Shown here: positions 1 through 15,200 of the stretch, piece after piece
Numbering within the stretch: position 1 is the first letter of the stretch
How the letters are laid out: each line of letters begins with the position of its first letter
Source of the DNA: Nageia nagi
Taxonomy: Eukaryota; Plantae; Pinophyta
Assembly (NCBI GenBank): GCA_050084985.1
Contig: JBITNC010000002.1
Location: forward strand, 34,038,001-34,102,000
Length of the DNA: 64,000 nt
Direction of reading: 5' to 3'
Made by a program: the position numbers and the translations under genes
The notes under the pieces: generated by a model
The model's database searches: none
What the model was told of the DNA's origin: nothing
Seen by the model: the letters and a program-made list of their open reading frames with translations, nothing else

Positions 1-432
1 ATAAGAAGGCATATATTTAATAAGTCTCACAAAGTTCTAGAAATAAGACTCCATTGAAGTCCCATTCTGAGCTAGTTGGATGAAATCATCTTGCTTTTCA
101 ATATAGAATTGATTTGTCAAAAGACATGCCCTAAATAGCTGCACAAAAGCTACCTAGCTAATATCAAGCTTCTCAGTATTCATTAAATGGGTAGTCCACT
201 ATTCTTGAGCCACTTTGGTAAGATGCATTCCTACTATAATAGTTTTATCATTTGGACTATGAACTTTAATGGAAAAATACATTTCCATTTTAGTTAACCA
301 ATTTTGAATAGTGTTATCCCTACCATTAAATTTGGTAAGTTGAATATGCTTCATATCTTGAGCAAGTTCCTTGCCAATTGTAGCTCTTTTATCACCACCC
401 ACCTCAAGACACTGTTTTACCTCAAGTACCAT
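1..432 (-). mobile_element. Ty3/Gypsy gag remnant (runs off the window)
   Basis: KFNGRD...IQNWLTKMEMYF...IVGMHLTKVAQE*W...SWVAFVQLF fits the retrotransposon gag pattern, with stops. Confidence 0.7.
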
Positions 433-2322
433 CGAGAATTTTAATGAATTATGTTTGCATAATACTATGGTAATGATAAGTTTGATATGTGAATATATAT
501 CATTTATGATAATTGATGCTAGTTTTGAGATGTTTTGACATAGGCCATAAGATGGAGAAGTAACCCAAAGACCCTAAAAACCAAAGGTGAATTGGTGATG
601 GGAATGGAAGGGTAAGAGGAGGAAATGATTGACGTTGATTTGCTGACACACCTATGACCATCGTAAATCATGTAGAATAATTGTTGTGATTGTTGATTTC
701 TTGATGAAAATATTTTTGCAAAATTGTGTGGATTAACTTTACTCTATAGGACAAGGTGATCAATGTAGGTAAAGATGTGTTTTCCCTTATTTGGTGTTTT
801 TGAAATTCAAATTTTGAAATGGAGGGAAAAAATTTAGTTAAATTTTGAAAATTATTATAAAGTTAAAAAAATAAATTTAATAGGGTAAAAGTTTAATATG
901 AGTGTCCATATTATTGCCACATATGGCTAATAGTAAAAACACTATTAGATAGAGACTATGGTCGCTATGTGGTATGACGTGATATTTAATAGCTAGAAAA
1001 ATAATAGAGCAATGACCCTACTTAATTTTGTATTTTTTTGTTAGGTGTGGATAAGAGTTGGCACTAAATTGTCAAGTAATGAAAAAGATTCTAAAGTATT
1101 AAATGCCATTACTATCATCTCCAACTTTAAGCAAACTTAACCCAAAATTATTAAGGGTGTGAGGAGATGTCCATTTGGATACATTTGAAACTATTTAGCT
1201 ATAAATAAAGGAGTAGAGCATAAGAAAAATACCAAAACAACTACCTATCTATCTCTTACTATTTTTGTTTTGCTTATTCTCAAGCTTGGATTACATGAAA
1301 AAAGAAGTCTTTCTTTTCCTTCTCCAAATCAAGGTGCATTCTTTACATTTTTAATATGCTTAAGATAAAGTAGTTTTATTTTAATATTTTTAAAGAGTTG
1401 TATGAAAAGATTATTTTTTTAAAGACTCTTGGAATTAATTGTTGATAAAGGACTTATCCTAGGTGAAGGGACATATTGATTTATTTATTTGTTGTAATGC
1501 ATGTGGAGGTTGGTACCATGTCTTTTCCTTAAAAGTAGAGGGATGAGACCTTATTAGCTTTTCTTTACTTAAATTTGGTGGTGAAAGGTTCTTAATACAA
1601 ATTGTACTATATATTTTGTGATATTTTTGAAGAGACTAGTAAAATATTTTCCTTTTTATGTCCTCCCATGTGAGATTTGACATATATTATGAATTCATAC
1701 TAAGCAATTGAGTTTATATACATTTGCATATATGGCTATTCAGTATTCACTAATATTTGGTGTAAAACCTTTTCAATTACCCTTTGATGAATAGTCATAT
1801 CTTCTCTTTGAGCCTTACATTGTATAAATTGATTAAGAATTATTTCAAATATGTTTGATAATTCTCCATATACTCCTCGTGCGCTCCTTTGATTGCAAAT
1901 GATGACATTCACCAACTCTAAAAACTCATCATAAATGGTTGTGCATAATCCATGAATCTTTCTCCACACCTGAGCATTGTGTTCCCTTCTTGTTTAATCT
2001 ATGCATCTATCAAGAAGTTCATTTTTAAACTACTCTTTGGGAACCCTTATCTCCTTCCATCTCGGTGCTTGATGGAAATGAATGGAAAAAGTATTGATAC
2101 CCTTTTCAACACTTACAAATGCCTCTATTCCTTTTCTACATTGCATCTTATTCCAGAAGAATGCTGACAAATTTTGTAGAGTTTGATTTTGCATTTTCAT
2201 ATTGTAATTCTTTTAGAGATAGCACATGTTTGCACTCATTCTACTATCAATTTAGTTAATAAATTTAGTGTTAATTCTGATCTTTGTGTATTTTTAGCAT
2301 TTTGCATGTCAAATGCCACAAC

Positions 2323-2346
2323 TATATATATATATATATATATATC
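2323..2346. repeat. (TA)n microsatellite
   Basis: Direct read. Confidence 0.9.
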
Positions 2347-3699
2347 TTGAAAATCCATTTTTGACTCTTCTTTGATGGATTGCCATATATTCTCTTTACC
2401 CTACAATAGTATATGCTAGAAAAGATCTAGCGATTGTTGTAAAGTTTGGCCTTACATTTAGATTATCTTGTATGTTCCTTATGATGCATTTTTCGAATAG
2501 TTTTATAAGCCATTGATTTCCCCTGATGGCATATGATGGAAAAATGCTATCAAAAGTTATAGAGTCTACCTTTGTACTCACATTGTTCCACATAAATGAA
2601 TTTAATGTTGGATAAGTCCATAGTAATCCCTGTCAAGATTTCTATTTCACCTCTCTTATGCAAAGAGAATACCAGAAATAGGCTAGTTTATTATTGTTTC
2701 AAGCTATATATTAGAAAGAAAATGAACAATGTCATCCATTTATTTGATACTCACATTCAATTAATTCATTCATATTGACTTAGATTAAAATAAAAAGGTA
2801 AAAAGGGCAACCAATGTTTAAAGGAAGAATTCTATATCATAGTTATTTCATAAAATTTATGTGGTTAAATTATAAAAATAATGTATAATATGTGATCTTT
2901 TAAATTAATTGGGATTCAAAGTTAGAATTCGATATTAAAGTTTTATTTTAAAAGAAAATATATATGTATATGTACAAAGGAAGTGATATAGGAGATTTCA
3001 AATTGAGTGCTTTTTAATTATTTGAGGATGTAGTGATATTAGAAATATGATATGGTTAGAATGTCAGTCGATCAAAGTTAATAAGACCAAGGAAGTGAGG
3101 TATCCCTATTGGAATAAAAACCTTCATGAGATCAATAAGATAGTTATAAAAGTTAGTTTTCATTTGCATAATGGTAAAAAAATAAAGGGTATGTTTTGAT
3201 CTTCCTCCTTCTTAGTACTTGATCCATCCACCAAGTTCCAAGGTGATGTTCAATGTTCAATGCTCATTGCTCAATGAACATTGGAGATGCTCGATGCTTG
3301 TTGTTTGAAGATCAATAAATGTGTTCCACATCAAACCATAGAATGACTCACTAAATAGCATGTTATACTATATTTGTATTATGAAAGCATGATGAATTAC
3401 CAAATTCATTAAATTGTATTAGCCTTATGATGCATTAATGTTCTTGTAATAAGTTATAAAAGTTTTGTCATTATGTTAGATGTTGATAAATAAAGTTATG
3501 AGCTATATTCAATTTTTGTGTAATTAATCATTAATTTAGAAATGTTCAATGAGGATTATTTTGTACTTATCTTTTGTTAATATATTACAAAATGAATGTA
3601 AGATTGACGATTTTACTCTCTCTTTATGAATAGCATTATGATTATTACATGATTAATGTTTTGATAAATAGCAGTAAGGATTAATACTTGTTATTGCAG

Positions 3700-5100
3700 A
3701 TAGTAGTGGTATTATAAAGTTGATCTAAATAGACTCCTAAATAAGTAGATGGATTAGATTATCAATCTCGATAAATTCAAAATTATTCCAATAACTTAGA
3801 ATCAACCCTAAACTAGAGTTAAAGTTCCAAATGATAATTTGTGAGAATTTGGGATATCTCAAGGAACCTTGGGATCAAATTGGATATCAATGGGACCCCA
3901 TGAGATAAATGGAATCATTCAAATTTTTTTTGGATAGATGCAAGAAATGCGATGAAGAACCTTCGCAAAGTAAACCTACCTTACTAAATGACAAACAAAA
4001 GGAATATTCTTTGCATGAGGATCACTTAGCGTAGCATTACTTTGTAGCAATAGTGGCAAGATTCTCCCTAACAACTTGTTACTTTATGTATTCAAGAGAT
4101 CTTTTAAAAAGTGGATCCATATACATGATACAATGCTATGGGATAAATAAGAAAATATGTGCCTTCCTGCATAAGCTATAACTAAGACTTCTAAGGTACT
4201 CCTCATGGGTAAGGATAAATGGTGTTTAAACCTTAGAATATGTCTTATACCCACTTCACTATTTGAAAATATTAGTATATGGTCAATAAGACATAGGTGG
4301 TTCTTTTGTCAACATATTTAAAAATATATAGACTAAATAACCACTTGAGGATATTGTTTAATATCCATAGCTCCCCAAGTTATGGGCATGGGGATATTGA
4401 ATCACATGGTGGGACTAGCTAATAGTTATGAGCAGATAGTACTCATATTCCCTGATAGGTGAGTCTAGGTGGGGATAGCAATTGGAAAAACTACTATTAC
4501 TAGGTGAGGGTAATTAGTAGTCATATCACTTGCAGTTAGCATATGGGGATATGATGATTGTTCCATAGATGATGCTACCTACTCATAAGGAAGCTTGCCT
4601 AGGATAAGTTAACTACTCCTATGAGATAGAGAGTTATCATCAGGAGATGATGACTAACTTAGTGTAAGTGTGATCTATTGGTGTTATGAGCCCCATGTAG
4701 AAAACCACTATGTTGTAATCAAAAAGCCTATCGCACATGAGATGTGGAATAGGAATGGTGAGGTTACTTTTGAGGCATCTTTTCAACAAGGTGAGTGTTG
4801 AAAAGTGAACACCAAAAAAATTTATCAGGTTGTTACCTCGGGTTCTTAGGTAATCTTGCCTGTGAGTACTAAGCTAGCTAAAGCATATCAAACTCATGTG
4901 GAATCACCTGGTTCATTCCTAGATAATTCGAGTGTTATAATAAAAAAAATTTAGGTAAAAAATTAGGGCTTTGGTTGATGATAATTAGTGGATGCATTAC
5001 ATTATGTTATAAAATTGGATCAACAAGATTATCAAGATTCTACTTGGACCTTACCTAGCAAGCCTCAATTCATTTAGAATTTCTTACCCTTGTTGAATTT
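3700..5100 (+). mobile_element. Highly decayed LTR-retroelement internal region (gag-like) with probable 3' LTR start near 4796
   Basis: PBS-like tggtattataaag at ~3707, decayed gag-like sequence at 3930-4200, purine tract then tgttgaaaag at 4796; no intact ORF. Confidence 0.3.
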
Positions 5101-6624
5101 ATTGCTACATCTAACCCACAAATTTCCACAACTAAAATGTGCATTAATATCTTTAGGAGGAGGCATAACTTGATCTAGTTTTGACCAAGATTCGAGTTCT
5201 GGTTCCCAACATGATTTTGTTTTTGGATGTTATTCCCAACTTGATCCTTATTCAAAAGTTAAGACTTAAATCTAGGTTTCCAAATTAGTTCTTCTATCTA
5301 TTTCATAACTCCTTAAGAACGATAAAGAAAGCTAAAGCTATGAGAATGCAATCCATGCGAATGTGACAAAGGAGGGGCCAAGAAAAGAGCATAACACTTT
5401 TTAAATGCTACCTAAATAGATACAAAGAAGGCAAAGTCCCTAAATCATTTGGGTAGAGCAAACACCTAGCAACCAATGCAGCTTCTTAAGATTATCGAAG
5501 AGGGTACAAAAGAAGTGAACAAAAGTCCTTTAAAGGCATGCATTTGAGAAGTGGTTGGGCTTACTTGAAAATGCCCCAGTCCATCGGAGAGGCAAAAGGT
5601 TTAGTAGAAGTGAAGGCTGCAACATAGCTTTCTCCATAAACTTTGGTTTCTAGTCTTACCGAAAATCAATTCCACATGGCCACCATTTTCATAACGAACA
5701 AAACTTCCCCTCTCGAGCTTGATGGTTCCACGATCTCCTCCAAGTAAGCCTTTGCTTCAGGTTGAGAAAATTGTAACACTTCTCCCAGCATGGCGATGAC
5801 TCCCTCTCTGCTTCAATAAAGCTAGGGTTTCTTTCCAGATGCGAGAGTGAAATAACAATGACCAACATTGATACTAAGAATCCTAAGGTCGAGGTGACCT
5901 AATTATTGAAACCAAAACATTTTGATTCCCTTACCCAACAATAATATGGTGTCCCCATGACACAATAAAAATATTTAATTAAATTTTCCTAAGTCAAGCT
6001 TCAACAGTCGCCCTCCACTTACCACATGTGGATTTATTTTTATGACACTTAGTCTAACTTAGATGCTAACCATAAATTTAAGGCCCAAAGCTTTGTTTAT
6101 CTCTCCCAAAAGCTTCCCAAGGTTTGGGTTAATTTTAAATGCAAAATAATAATATTTATTAGTATATATTATTATTTAAATTTTTGCAATAGATTCCTTA
6201 TCCAAGGAGATTCAAGAAGTAACACCTTACTCAAAATTGCTTGACAAAAAGAAGACTTTTTAATGAGCAAACATGAGTCAAAGTTGAGAAGGGGTCGAAT
6301 ACTTGCCCTAAGGGTGGTGTTTTTTGATGATTGAGAAAGTAATATCTAGAGTTAACTTACTCCTTGCACAAAGAAACACGTTAAACCGAGTTTAGATTCT
6401 TCAAATATGAGCTTGGCAATAAGCAAATAATCCTTAATTGAAAAGTTATCTTGAAGGGTCGTGACACGTACGAAGGGGAAAAGATTTAAACTGAATCTCT
6501 CTTTTAACACTTGAATCTTCAAACCCATATTCTCTCCAACTTCCCTAACACGAGTTGACAATTTTTATTTTAATTTAAAAATATGTATCTTATATTTAAA
6601 TTGATAAGTTCAAGAAAAGAAGTG

Positions 6625-6646
6625 ATATATATATATATATATATAT

Positions 6647-6680
<34 letters not shown>

Positions 6681-6692
6681 TTATTTATTTAT
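6625..6692. repeat. Interrupted (TA)n microsatellite followed by (TTTA)n
   Basis: Direct read. Confidence 0.9.
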
Positions 6693-8897
6693 CCATGATT
6701 CTTATAGATCAACATTTGATATGGTTGATTACTCAAAACTTTTCCAAAAAAAATATTATAAATAATTGTCAAGATATTTATATTTGCTAATACTAAGATA
6801 GATCTTTATGGTTCATTTATATGAAGTATTGCTAATGAGATATATTATAAACCATATTTAACTTATTCTTAAATCATAAATATATATTATTATACATCTT
6901 ATTTTTTTGAAAAAGATAAAAATAATTAAAAAAATTGATATATAGATAAAAATAATAATTTTTAATTTTAAACTTAAACATTAAAAAGAATATCACAAAA
7001 ATTAATTAAATGAGTAACTTAAACTATTCAATTGGTGTATAGCAGGACAAACTCAAAAAAAAAAAAAAAAAACCTATTGGATTGATTTTGGTACATCATA
7101 TCATATATTATTTATTATATGCAAAATGTAATTTTATTACACCTTAGAGTGTACCACATTGAGATTTCGAAGCTTGTTTGATAGATTGATTGTTATTATG
7201 CAATCCATGGTAACATCCAAATGATGGAATTAATTTAAACAGCATATTTTAAGTTTAGTTTTGTGAATATTTGATCATACAACCAGTCAAATACTATTGA
7301 ACACAACGTATACGAACATTAACTCCATCGGTCTGGAAACGATTGAGTGAAAATAGTCGACCTATAGATGCGAGTGGAAAACCTGAATAACGAGAGTTAG
7401 AAATAGATGGGTAACATCCCCTTTTCATACCGATAATCAATCGCTGAGTTAGAGAATAATATAGATGGGAGGTCGTTTTGACGAAGTTGTTTCGTGAGCA
7501 AATGAGATATTTATTGCTAAGGTAAAAATGAGATTCGTAATTGCATTGCATTTTAGATCCTTGCAGTAAGTGGCGAAACGTTGTCAATACGACATAATCA
7601 TATTTGATACTATATGCAAACAATAATTAATAGATACGTTGAAATATTGAAATAATAGATCAGATTTGATCAAATATACAAATAATAAATACACTGCAAC
7701 AACTTAAGGTAACGTGATTTAACCGTACATCCAACGAACAACCCTGAATTGCCATCTTGCTTATTTGCATTTATTTTGCTTTAATATTTTCATTGTTACA
7801 CTTATTTGCATTTATTTTGCTTTAATATTTTCATCATTACACTTACAATTCTTACCCGTAGCCATCAATTGTAAAACAGTAGTGAGAAATAACAAATTCA
7901 GAGCATAAGCGAGCAACAACGAGAAAGACCAAATTCTAGAACACAAGCCAACGAACAACATTAATAAGGTTTTTAGTGTAATTCATATTTATGTTTTTTG
8001 TCTGTATTCTGAAGTTGTGTAACATATATACTAATTGATTCTGTTCCTATTTTTTCCTAGTCATTTTTTTATCCAAATAGATGGTATAGATGGATGATTG
8101 AAGGATCCATATTTTACTTACTAGAAATACAGATACACAGTATCCTTCATGCTCTTCAATTATTATTATGATGAGTAAAATAAATATTTATCCAAAACAT
8201 ATGTAGGTAAGAAACCATGTTTACTTTTCAGTAAACTTTTATAGATCTAAAGAACCAGAACCATAGATTAAAGGACTCTTAACAACCATTTTCAACTACT
8301 CTTTGATGAATGTCAATACCTTATTCTGGAGCTCCTATGGCCGGCAAACTTATTTACTAACTAATATATAAAATATGTTATTGTCACCACATCAACCTAA
8401 AAACAAATTACATAAATTATTGTCACTACTCTTTACGGTATACATATCTTATTCTGGAACTTCTATGATAAGAAAACTTATTTAATAACTAATACACAAA
8501 TTACGTTCTAATTTCATCCAATTTTTTTTGGTATTTTATCCATGGACAGTGCAAAAACTGCATCAACTAATAAAGAAATTACTACATACACTTCATAAAT
8601 TATTATCACTATTCTTTACCCTATACGGCCTTCAACATGTCTTCAACTCCTGCAGACCTGCATCACCAACAATTCCCTTACAGAGGGCAAGCTCTTTCAT
8701 TCACTTGAATTGAAACTACTCAAGATTGAATCCATTCCATAGACAATATTGTTTGGTCTCTTGATCTTTAATTCAACTATTTCTGCCTGTACATCCTAGC
8801 ATTTCTCTGCAAATAAAGATCAGATTAATATTTATAACATGACTTAGTTCTCAAACAAAACCACTTCCATAAAACACCAATAACAATTATTGAATTG

Positions 8898-11230
8898 AGT
8901 ATCTTTCTTAACATATGCCCCACTTCAAAAGGGCTATCGTTGCTATCATCCCCCATCACAAAAAATGTATGTCACCCTTGATGTTGTCTTTCATGAAAAT
9001 GGCATGTACTATGTGTTCCTGAGTCCTCAATTCAGGGGAGAGACAAAATGAATTGTAGACTCTAAATCTAATTCCTTCTTTGGACCAATCGGATACAAGT
9101 GAATTTTTGGATAAAAATGGTGAGTGTCCAGAGGAGGCAACCGGGCAGCATGAGCAACTTGTTCTTAACCAACCAGATGTTAGTTTAAATGAGGAAAATA
9201 TTCAGAATCAGATGGAAGCAACTCCACTTCAAGTACCATCTGACCAATTATTTTATGAAGATAATTCCTTTGCTGAACCCCAGGTACATTATGAATCTCA
9301 ATTCCTTCCAAAAGTACTACCTAATCAAGCCACTAGAGGTATACCTAGAGCTAACTATGAACCTGTTCTTAGTTCCAATCCTAAGTATCCCATGAGCAAT
9401 TATGTATCCTACCATAGACTGTCAAAAGAAAGTGAGTCATTTGTGAATCAATTATCTGCTGTATCTATCCCTACTAACATGCAGAAAGCTCTGGGAGATC
9501 CTAGGTGGAAGGAAGCTATGAATGAAGAAATGAAGTCACTTCAAAAGAACTCAACTTGGAATGTTGTTGAGCTACCTGAAGGAAAGAAACCTGTTGGATG
9601 TAGGTGGGTTTTCACAATCAAATACAAGGCAGATGGAACCATTGAATGATTCAAAGCTAGACTAGTTTCCAAGGGGTACACTCAAACTTATGGAATTGAC
9701 TACATGGAGACATTCGCACCAGTAGCAAAAATCAATACTATCCATATTCTTATATCCTTGGCGATGAATTTTGACTGGCCATTGCACCAGTTTGATGTGA
9801 AGAATGCCTTCTTGCATGGAGACCTTCAAGAGGAAGTATACATGGAGTTGCCCCTTGGATGTAATATGCAGTCAGAAGGTGGAAAACATGTCTACATATT
9901 AAAAAAGGCCCTATACGGTCTAAAGCAATTTCCCGAGAGCATAGTTTGGAAGGTTTACGAAGTCAATGAAGGTTTTTGGATACAAGCAGAGTAACTCAGA
10001 TCATACTCGTTTTGTGAAGCATAATAAAGGAATGATTACTTGTCTCATTGTGTATGTTGATGATATGATAGTAACAGGAAATGATTCAGAAGAAAGGAGA
10101 GCATTGCAGAACCATCTGGCTCAAGAATTTGAGATGAAGGACCTTGGTCCTTTGAAGTACTTCCTTGGTATTGAAGTGTCAAGATCAAAGGAATGTGTCT
10201 TTCTATCTCAAGAAAATATGCCTTAGATTTACTAAATGAGACTGGTATGATAGCATGTAGTCCAGTTAACACTCCTATGGAAGAAAACTTGAAGCTAGGC
10301 ATATATCCGGATTAAGTTCCAAAAAACAAGGAGAGGTATCAAAGATTAGTTGGGAAACTAATGTATCTTGCACATACTCGGCCTGACTTGGCATATGCAC
10401 TAAGGGTTGTAAGCCAATTCATGCATTCTCTAAGTGAAGAACATATGAATGAGTCACCCGCATTTTGCACTACTTGAAGTCATCTCCAGGGAAAGGGATT
10501 ATGTTTAAAAAGGGGAATAATCTAGATGTCAAAGGATACACTGATGCAGATTGGGCTGGATCAGTAAAAGATAGGCGGTCTACAACAGGTATTTCACTTT
10601 TGTAGGAGGAAATTTGGTCACTTGGCGAAGTAAGAAGCAAGCTGTAGTTGCTCTATCTAGTGCTGAATTTGAGTTCAGAGGAATGAATAAGACAATATGT
10701 GAATTGTTATGGATCCGAAATTTATTAAAAGATCTAAATATTAAGCATAACAGCCCAACGAAGCTATATTGTGATAATAAGGTAGCTTGTGATATTGCCC
10801 ACAACCTAATTCAGCACGATCGAACCAAACATGTGGAAGTTGATAGGTATTTCATCAAGGAGAAACTAGAAGCAAAGATCATTGAAACACCCCATGTCTC
10901 GTCTCAAGAACAACTTGCTGACCTACTCACTAAGGCCGTATCAAGTTGAGCATTTCATGATGGTCTCAACAAATTGGGAATGAGCGACATCTACGCACCA
11001 ACTTGAGGGAGTGTTGAAGATTCTAGAGTAATCCCAAGTTGGTATACTTCCGTATATAGACTGATTGTAAATATATATATTTCTTAGATTAGAGATATGC
11101 TCTGCTAGCTGACAGATTTGTAGTCCTAAACTTTAGCATTTCAATTATGTATAGTGGCTATTTATGCCCATAATATTGTAAAGAGCTGTGTATGAATGAA
11201 AACCAAGTATTTGACTAAATAGACATCCAT
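8898..11230 (+). mobile_element. Ty1/Copia (Ale-like) 5'-truncated element: SH3-RT-RNaseH, PPT and short 3' LTR
   Basis: YAPLQKGYRCYHPP, WKEAMNEEM, PVGCRWVFTIKY, QFDVKNAFLHG, IVYVDDM, YTDADWAG, HDRTKHVEVDRYFIKE, QLADLLTKA; PPT ttgagggag then TGTTGAAGA at 11012; several stops and frameshifts. Confidence 0.93.
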
Positions 11231-12244
11231 CACTGTAAAATGTTATAGTTTTTTCAATTATTCTTCTATTTTTTTTTATTTTTTTATTTTATGTATGGTA
11301 TGTTTGAAGTGTGTGTTCAATTTCTAGAGTGTTCATAATAACTCTCCAACTTAGAACAGAGGAAAACAAGAGATAACAAAAGTGATACTTATAAAATTCA
11401 TCAATTTCAAACTACCACAATCAATGATAGAGGTTATGGCTATTTTGGCAACTTACACATCAGTAATTACTCTTATTTTATGTTTCCAAAAGGTTGAGAT
11501 TGAGATTAGAGATTTTCTAGGTAATTGTGTTGTGTTTTCTGTAATGGTTATAATGCTTAAAATGATATATGGATAAACGTTGTTATTGTGGATTAAATCA
11601 TTAACAAATCGAACAAACCCAAGCTAATAATAAATAGAAAATAATACGCACAATATATGTCGATACAAATATTTTATGGTATCAGCTAGAAGTGTGTAAA
11701 AGTTTTACTTGAATGTTCAAATGCACAAAAAGATTTCAAATACACTAAACATCTAGTAGTTTGTGGTAGATAAAACTGTGAATGCCATCGACTCCAAAAT
11801 TGATTTGGGACCTACTACTTGATTCAAGATTAACCTAAACAAATGAAAATAGATTTATTTTTCATCATTAATTTGAAGATATTATACTTTTGAAATTTGG
11901 TGTATTGATATGATAATACAATTTTTTTTCCTGAGAAAATCTAGTGATATAAGAAATATACGCTTTTACGAGCATAAACAAAAATAGTAAATTTTTGAAA
12001 AAAAGGTTGAAACAATTGAGTGGAATATTGTTCTATTTGACCAAAAAAATCCTTAAGGGAGGCCTAAAATAGAGTCTTCATGAACTTTGTCATGATATCA
12101 AATAAAGAAAAACTATAAAAAATGAGGTTTCATCTTTTGGCTTTATGTCATTAGGCATTTAGATTTGCATGTATTATTCAACTATCCATTTTGTATTATT
12201 ATAGTATATTTTATATAGTTGTATGTTTTTAATAAAAATTTACC

Positions 12245-15200
12245 TTCAATAATTCTCCTCTTTCAAAAATTCATATTTACTATTTGTTAGTAGTACATCT
12301 AAAGATAGTAAAAGATTATTTGTAAATTAACATACCCATTGAACATTTAGAGATATCAATCTCAAACTATCTATCGCCAAAAATACTCTTTGATAATGAA
12401 TGCTTAAGATTAAGATTTTAATTTAAGCTAGCTTAAAAATATTTTTTTATAAGATAAGATAATGACATTTGAGTGAATGTTACAAGTAATTTGTAAAGAT
12501 AGATGTCATATAATGATTTGGTGTTTACTTTTATTAATCTACTTTCTATATCTAGAATGTGATCTAAAATGTTATGTAATTTAAAATGACTTATCATAAA
12601 TTCTTCATATAACATCTTGTGCATTTGGCATCTCAAGAATTAGACAAAAGGAGTCATCGTTAGTACCAAGTGAGAAAATAATGGAGCAGTGAGTAGTGAG
12701 TAGATAGTTGGAGAGAGGAGTGACCATCAGGTAAGTACTTAAAAATTGTATCATAAAATTAGTTTCTCTAGACTCTAGAAAATATATGTCCAATCTCTTT
12801 CATACTTCACATTTTAAGATTTCTAAAATAAAGTTTCCAATAATATGACCATTTTAGTTCTTTTCAATTACGATATAAATAATGTTAGAATTTAATAATA
12901 AGTTTTAGTCATGTTAAGTTATATATGTTAAACAAATATCTATACAAAAATATTATTTATTTAGAACTATTACAATTTAACTTATCTATTTATGGTACCC
13001 TCTCTTTCCTATATTTTATTGAATGTGAAATATTTCACGTAAGATATCATACACAAGATAATCATAATCAAACAACGTTACACATTATACATGTGAATTA
13101 ATGTTTGAAATTTAAAATATTACTAAAAATATGAATTAAACATATTTGTTCAAATCAATTTAGAAATATAATTTTAATTAATTAAATTAAATACATTTTA
13201 AAATTAAATATATTTTTTATTTAAAAAATTCAATGTCTATATTATATATATTTAATATATATTATAATATACCATATATTTAATATATAATATATTTAAA
13301 AAATACTATACATTATATATTCCATTCTATATACCACATTTTATTTAAAAACTAATAATATTCATTATCATTTTTTCTTGTTAAAATATAAAACAAAAGA
13401 AGGTTAATTAAAAGCACAACATATTACAAAAGTGATGTAGTAATTTACAGACTCTCCAAAGCAATCAAAATCAAACAAGCTAATATTTAATAGAATGCAT
13501 CATAAATCAATACCAATAGTATAATAATAGTCAATATTGAATATCAACTTAGTAAGATTATTCCTCACTAATTTTTTAAGTTAGCACTTTAGTACTTAAT
13601 CTATGTTACATGCAATACTTGAAGGAATTCACTTCATCTTTAACTATTTTAATATAAATTAATATAAATTGGATTTAATTTAATTATTTTAACATATAAC
13701 AAGAAAAAAGGTGAAATTTACATTAAACAATAAAGATCATATCATAACATTTGTGATATATTTATGTTTCAAATGCATCCTACCATTCATGTTGAATTTA
13801 TGATATATAGGATCAAACATGCCTGTAGACAAAGTTTATTTATATACAATTATGGGCTCAACAAACTACAATTAGAACACAAGGCAACTCTCTACTCCTT
13901 GGTCAACGGAGATTAAGCAATGATGCCTTTAAAATTAAAGACCTCTTCATTGTATTTTGTAAAAGATATAATTGCATAACAATATATCAAATAAGAATCC
14001 ATGCTATTAAACAATTGATGATAAGATATTCCTTGAATTTTATATGTAACAATCATAAAATGTAAATCTTTCCTAAACACAATGAATAATATTTATATTA
14101 AAAGCTAATATCTTGAATTTTATATCTTTTTTTGTTATGTATTTTCCATGTAGTTTTATCATATATATCTCAAGAGTAAAGCAATTTATAAAAATCTATC
14201 ATCCAAATTCGAACTACAAAAGCAATTATACTAAATATTGCAATAATTTTCTATTGATTATTTTACCATATATTTTATAATTATGACTTTAATGTCTAAA
14301 TATTTAAGTACTTTTAAGCATGTCATCCATAATATATTTCATATATCATCTAAAAATGCTATAACATGTAAAATTTAATGTTTAAACATTTTTAAGTTAT
14401 ATTCTTACACTTATCCAAACATAGTAAATAGTAATTTTTGATTTAACTTACCACTTGAATATTTAGAGATATCAATGTCAAACTATCTATCTAGAAAAAT
14501 TCTATTTAGTAAGGAATGCTTAACATTAAGATTATCTTAAGCTAACTTAAACACATAATTTTTATAAGGTAAATTAATGACATTTTACTGAATGTTATAT
14601 GAAATTTATAAAGATAGATATCATCTAATGATTTGGTATTTATTTTATTAATATACTTTTTATGTCTAGAATTTGATCTAAAATGTTAAGTAATTTCAAA
14701 TGAGTTTTAAAATATTATTTAATTATTAAGTTTAAATTCAATTTTTAAAAATTTGCATAGGATTATTGTATGTTTTAAAAAGAACAAAGTTTATTAAACA
14801 TCCGTCTCTTAAATTATAAGATGAAAAAATTAGGAGGTTTCCATGGGTTTTTATGACATGTTAAGTCAACCCAAAAGTGAACACATATCAAATAAGTATT
14901 TTATTATTTGAATGTATAAATTAAATGTTTGAGTAGTTGAATATATCAATTAAATATTTCAATAATTGTCTTTCAAGTTGATACAAAGGATAACATCATT
15001 TTAAAGTATTATTTATAATTATTTTTACAAATCCCTCAAATAAGAAAAAATATTTATTATAGCTTGTTTTGTTTTTGTAAATTCTATAACACCCACTATT
15101 GTTTCTATAAGAAACAAAAAAATGATATCCAATTGGTATATTCAATTATTTTGTACAAGCCAATATCTTCCACCTTATTTGAGGTAAACAATGGTTTGAA

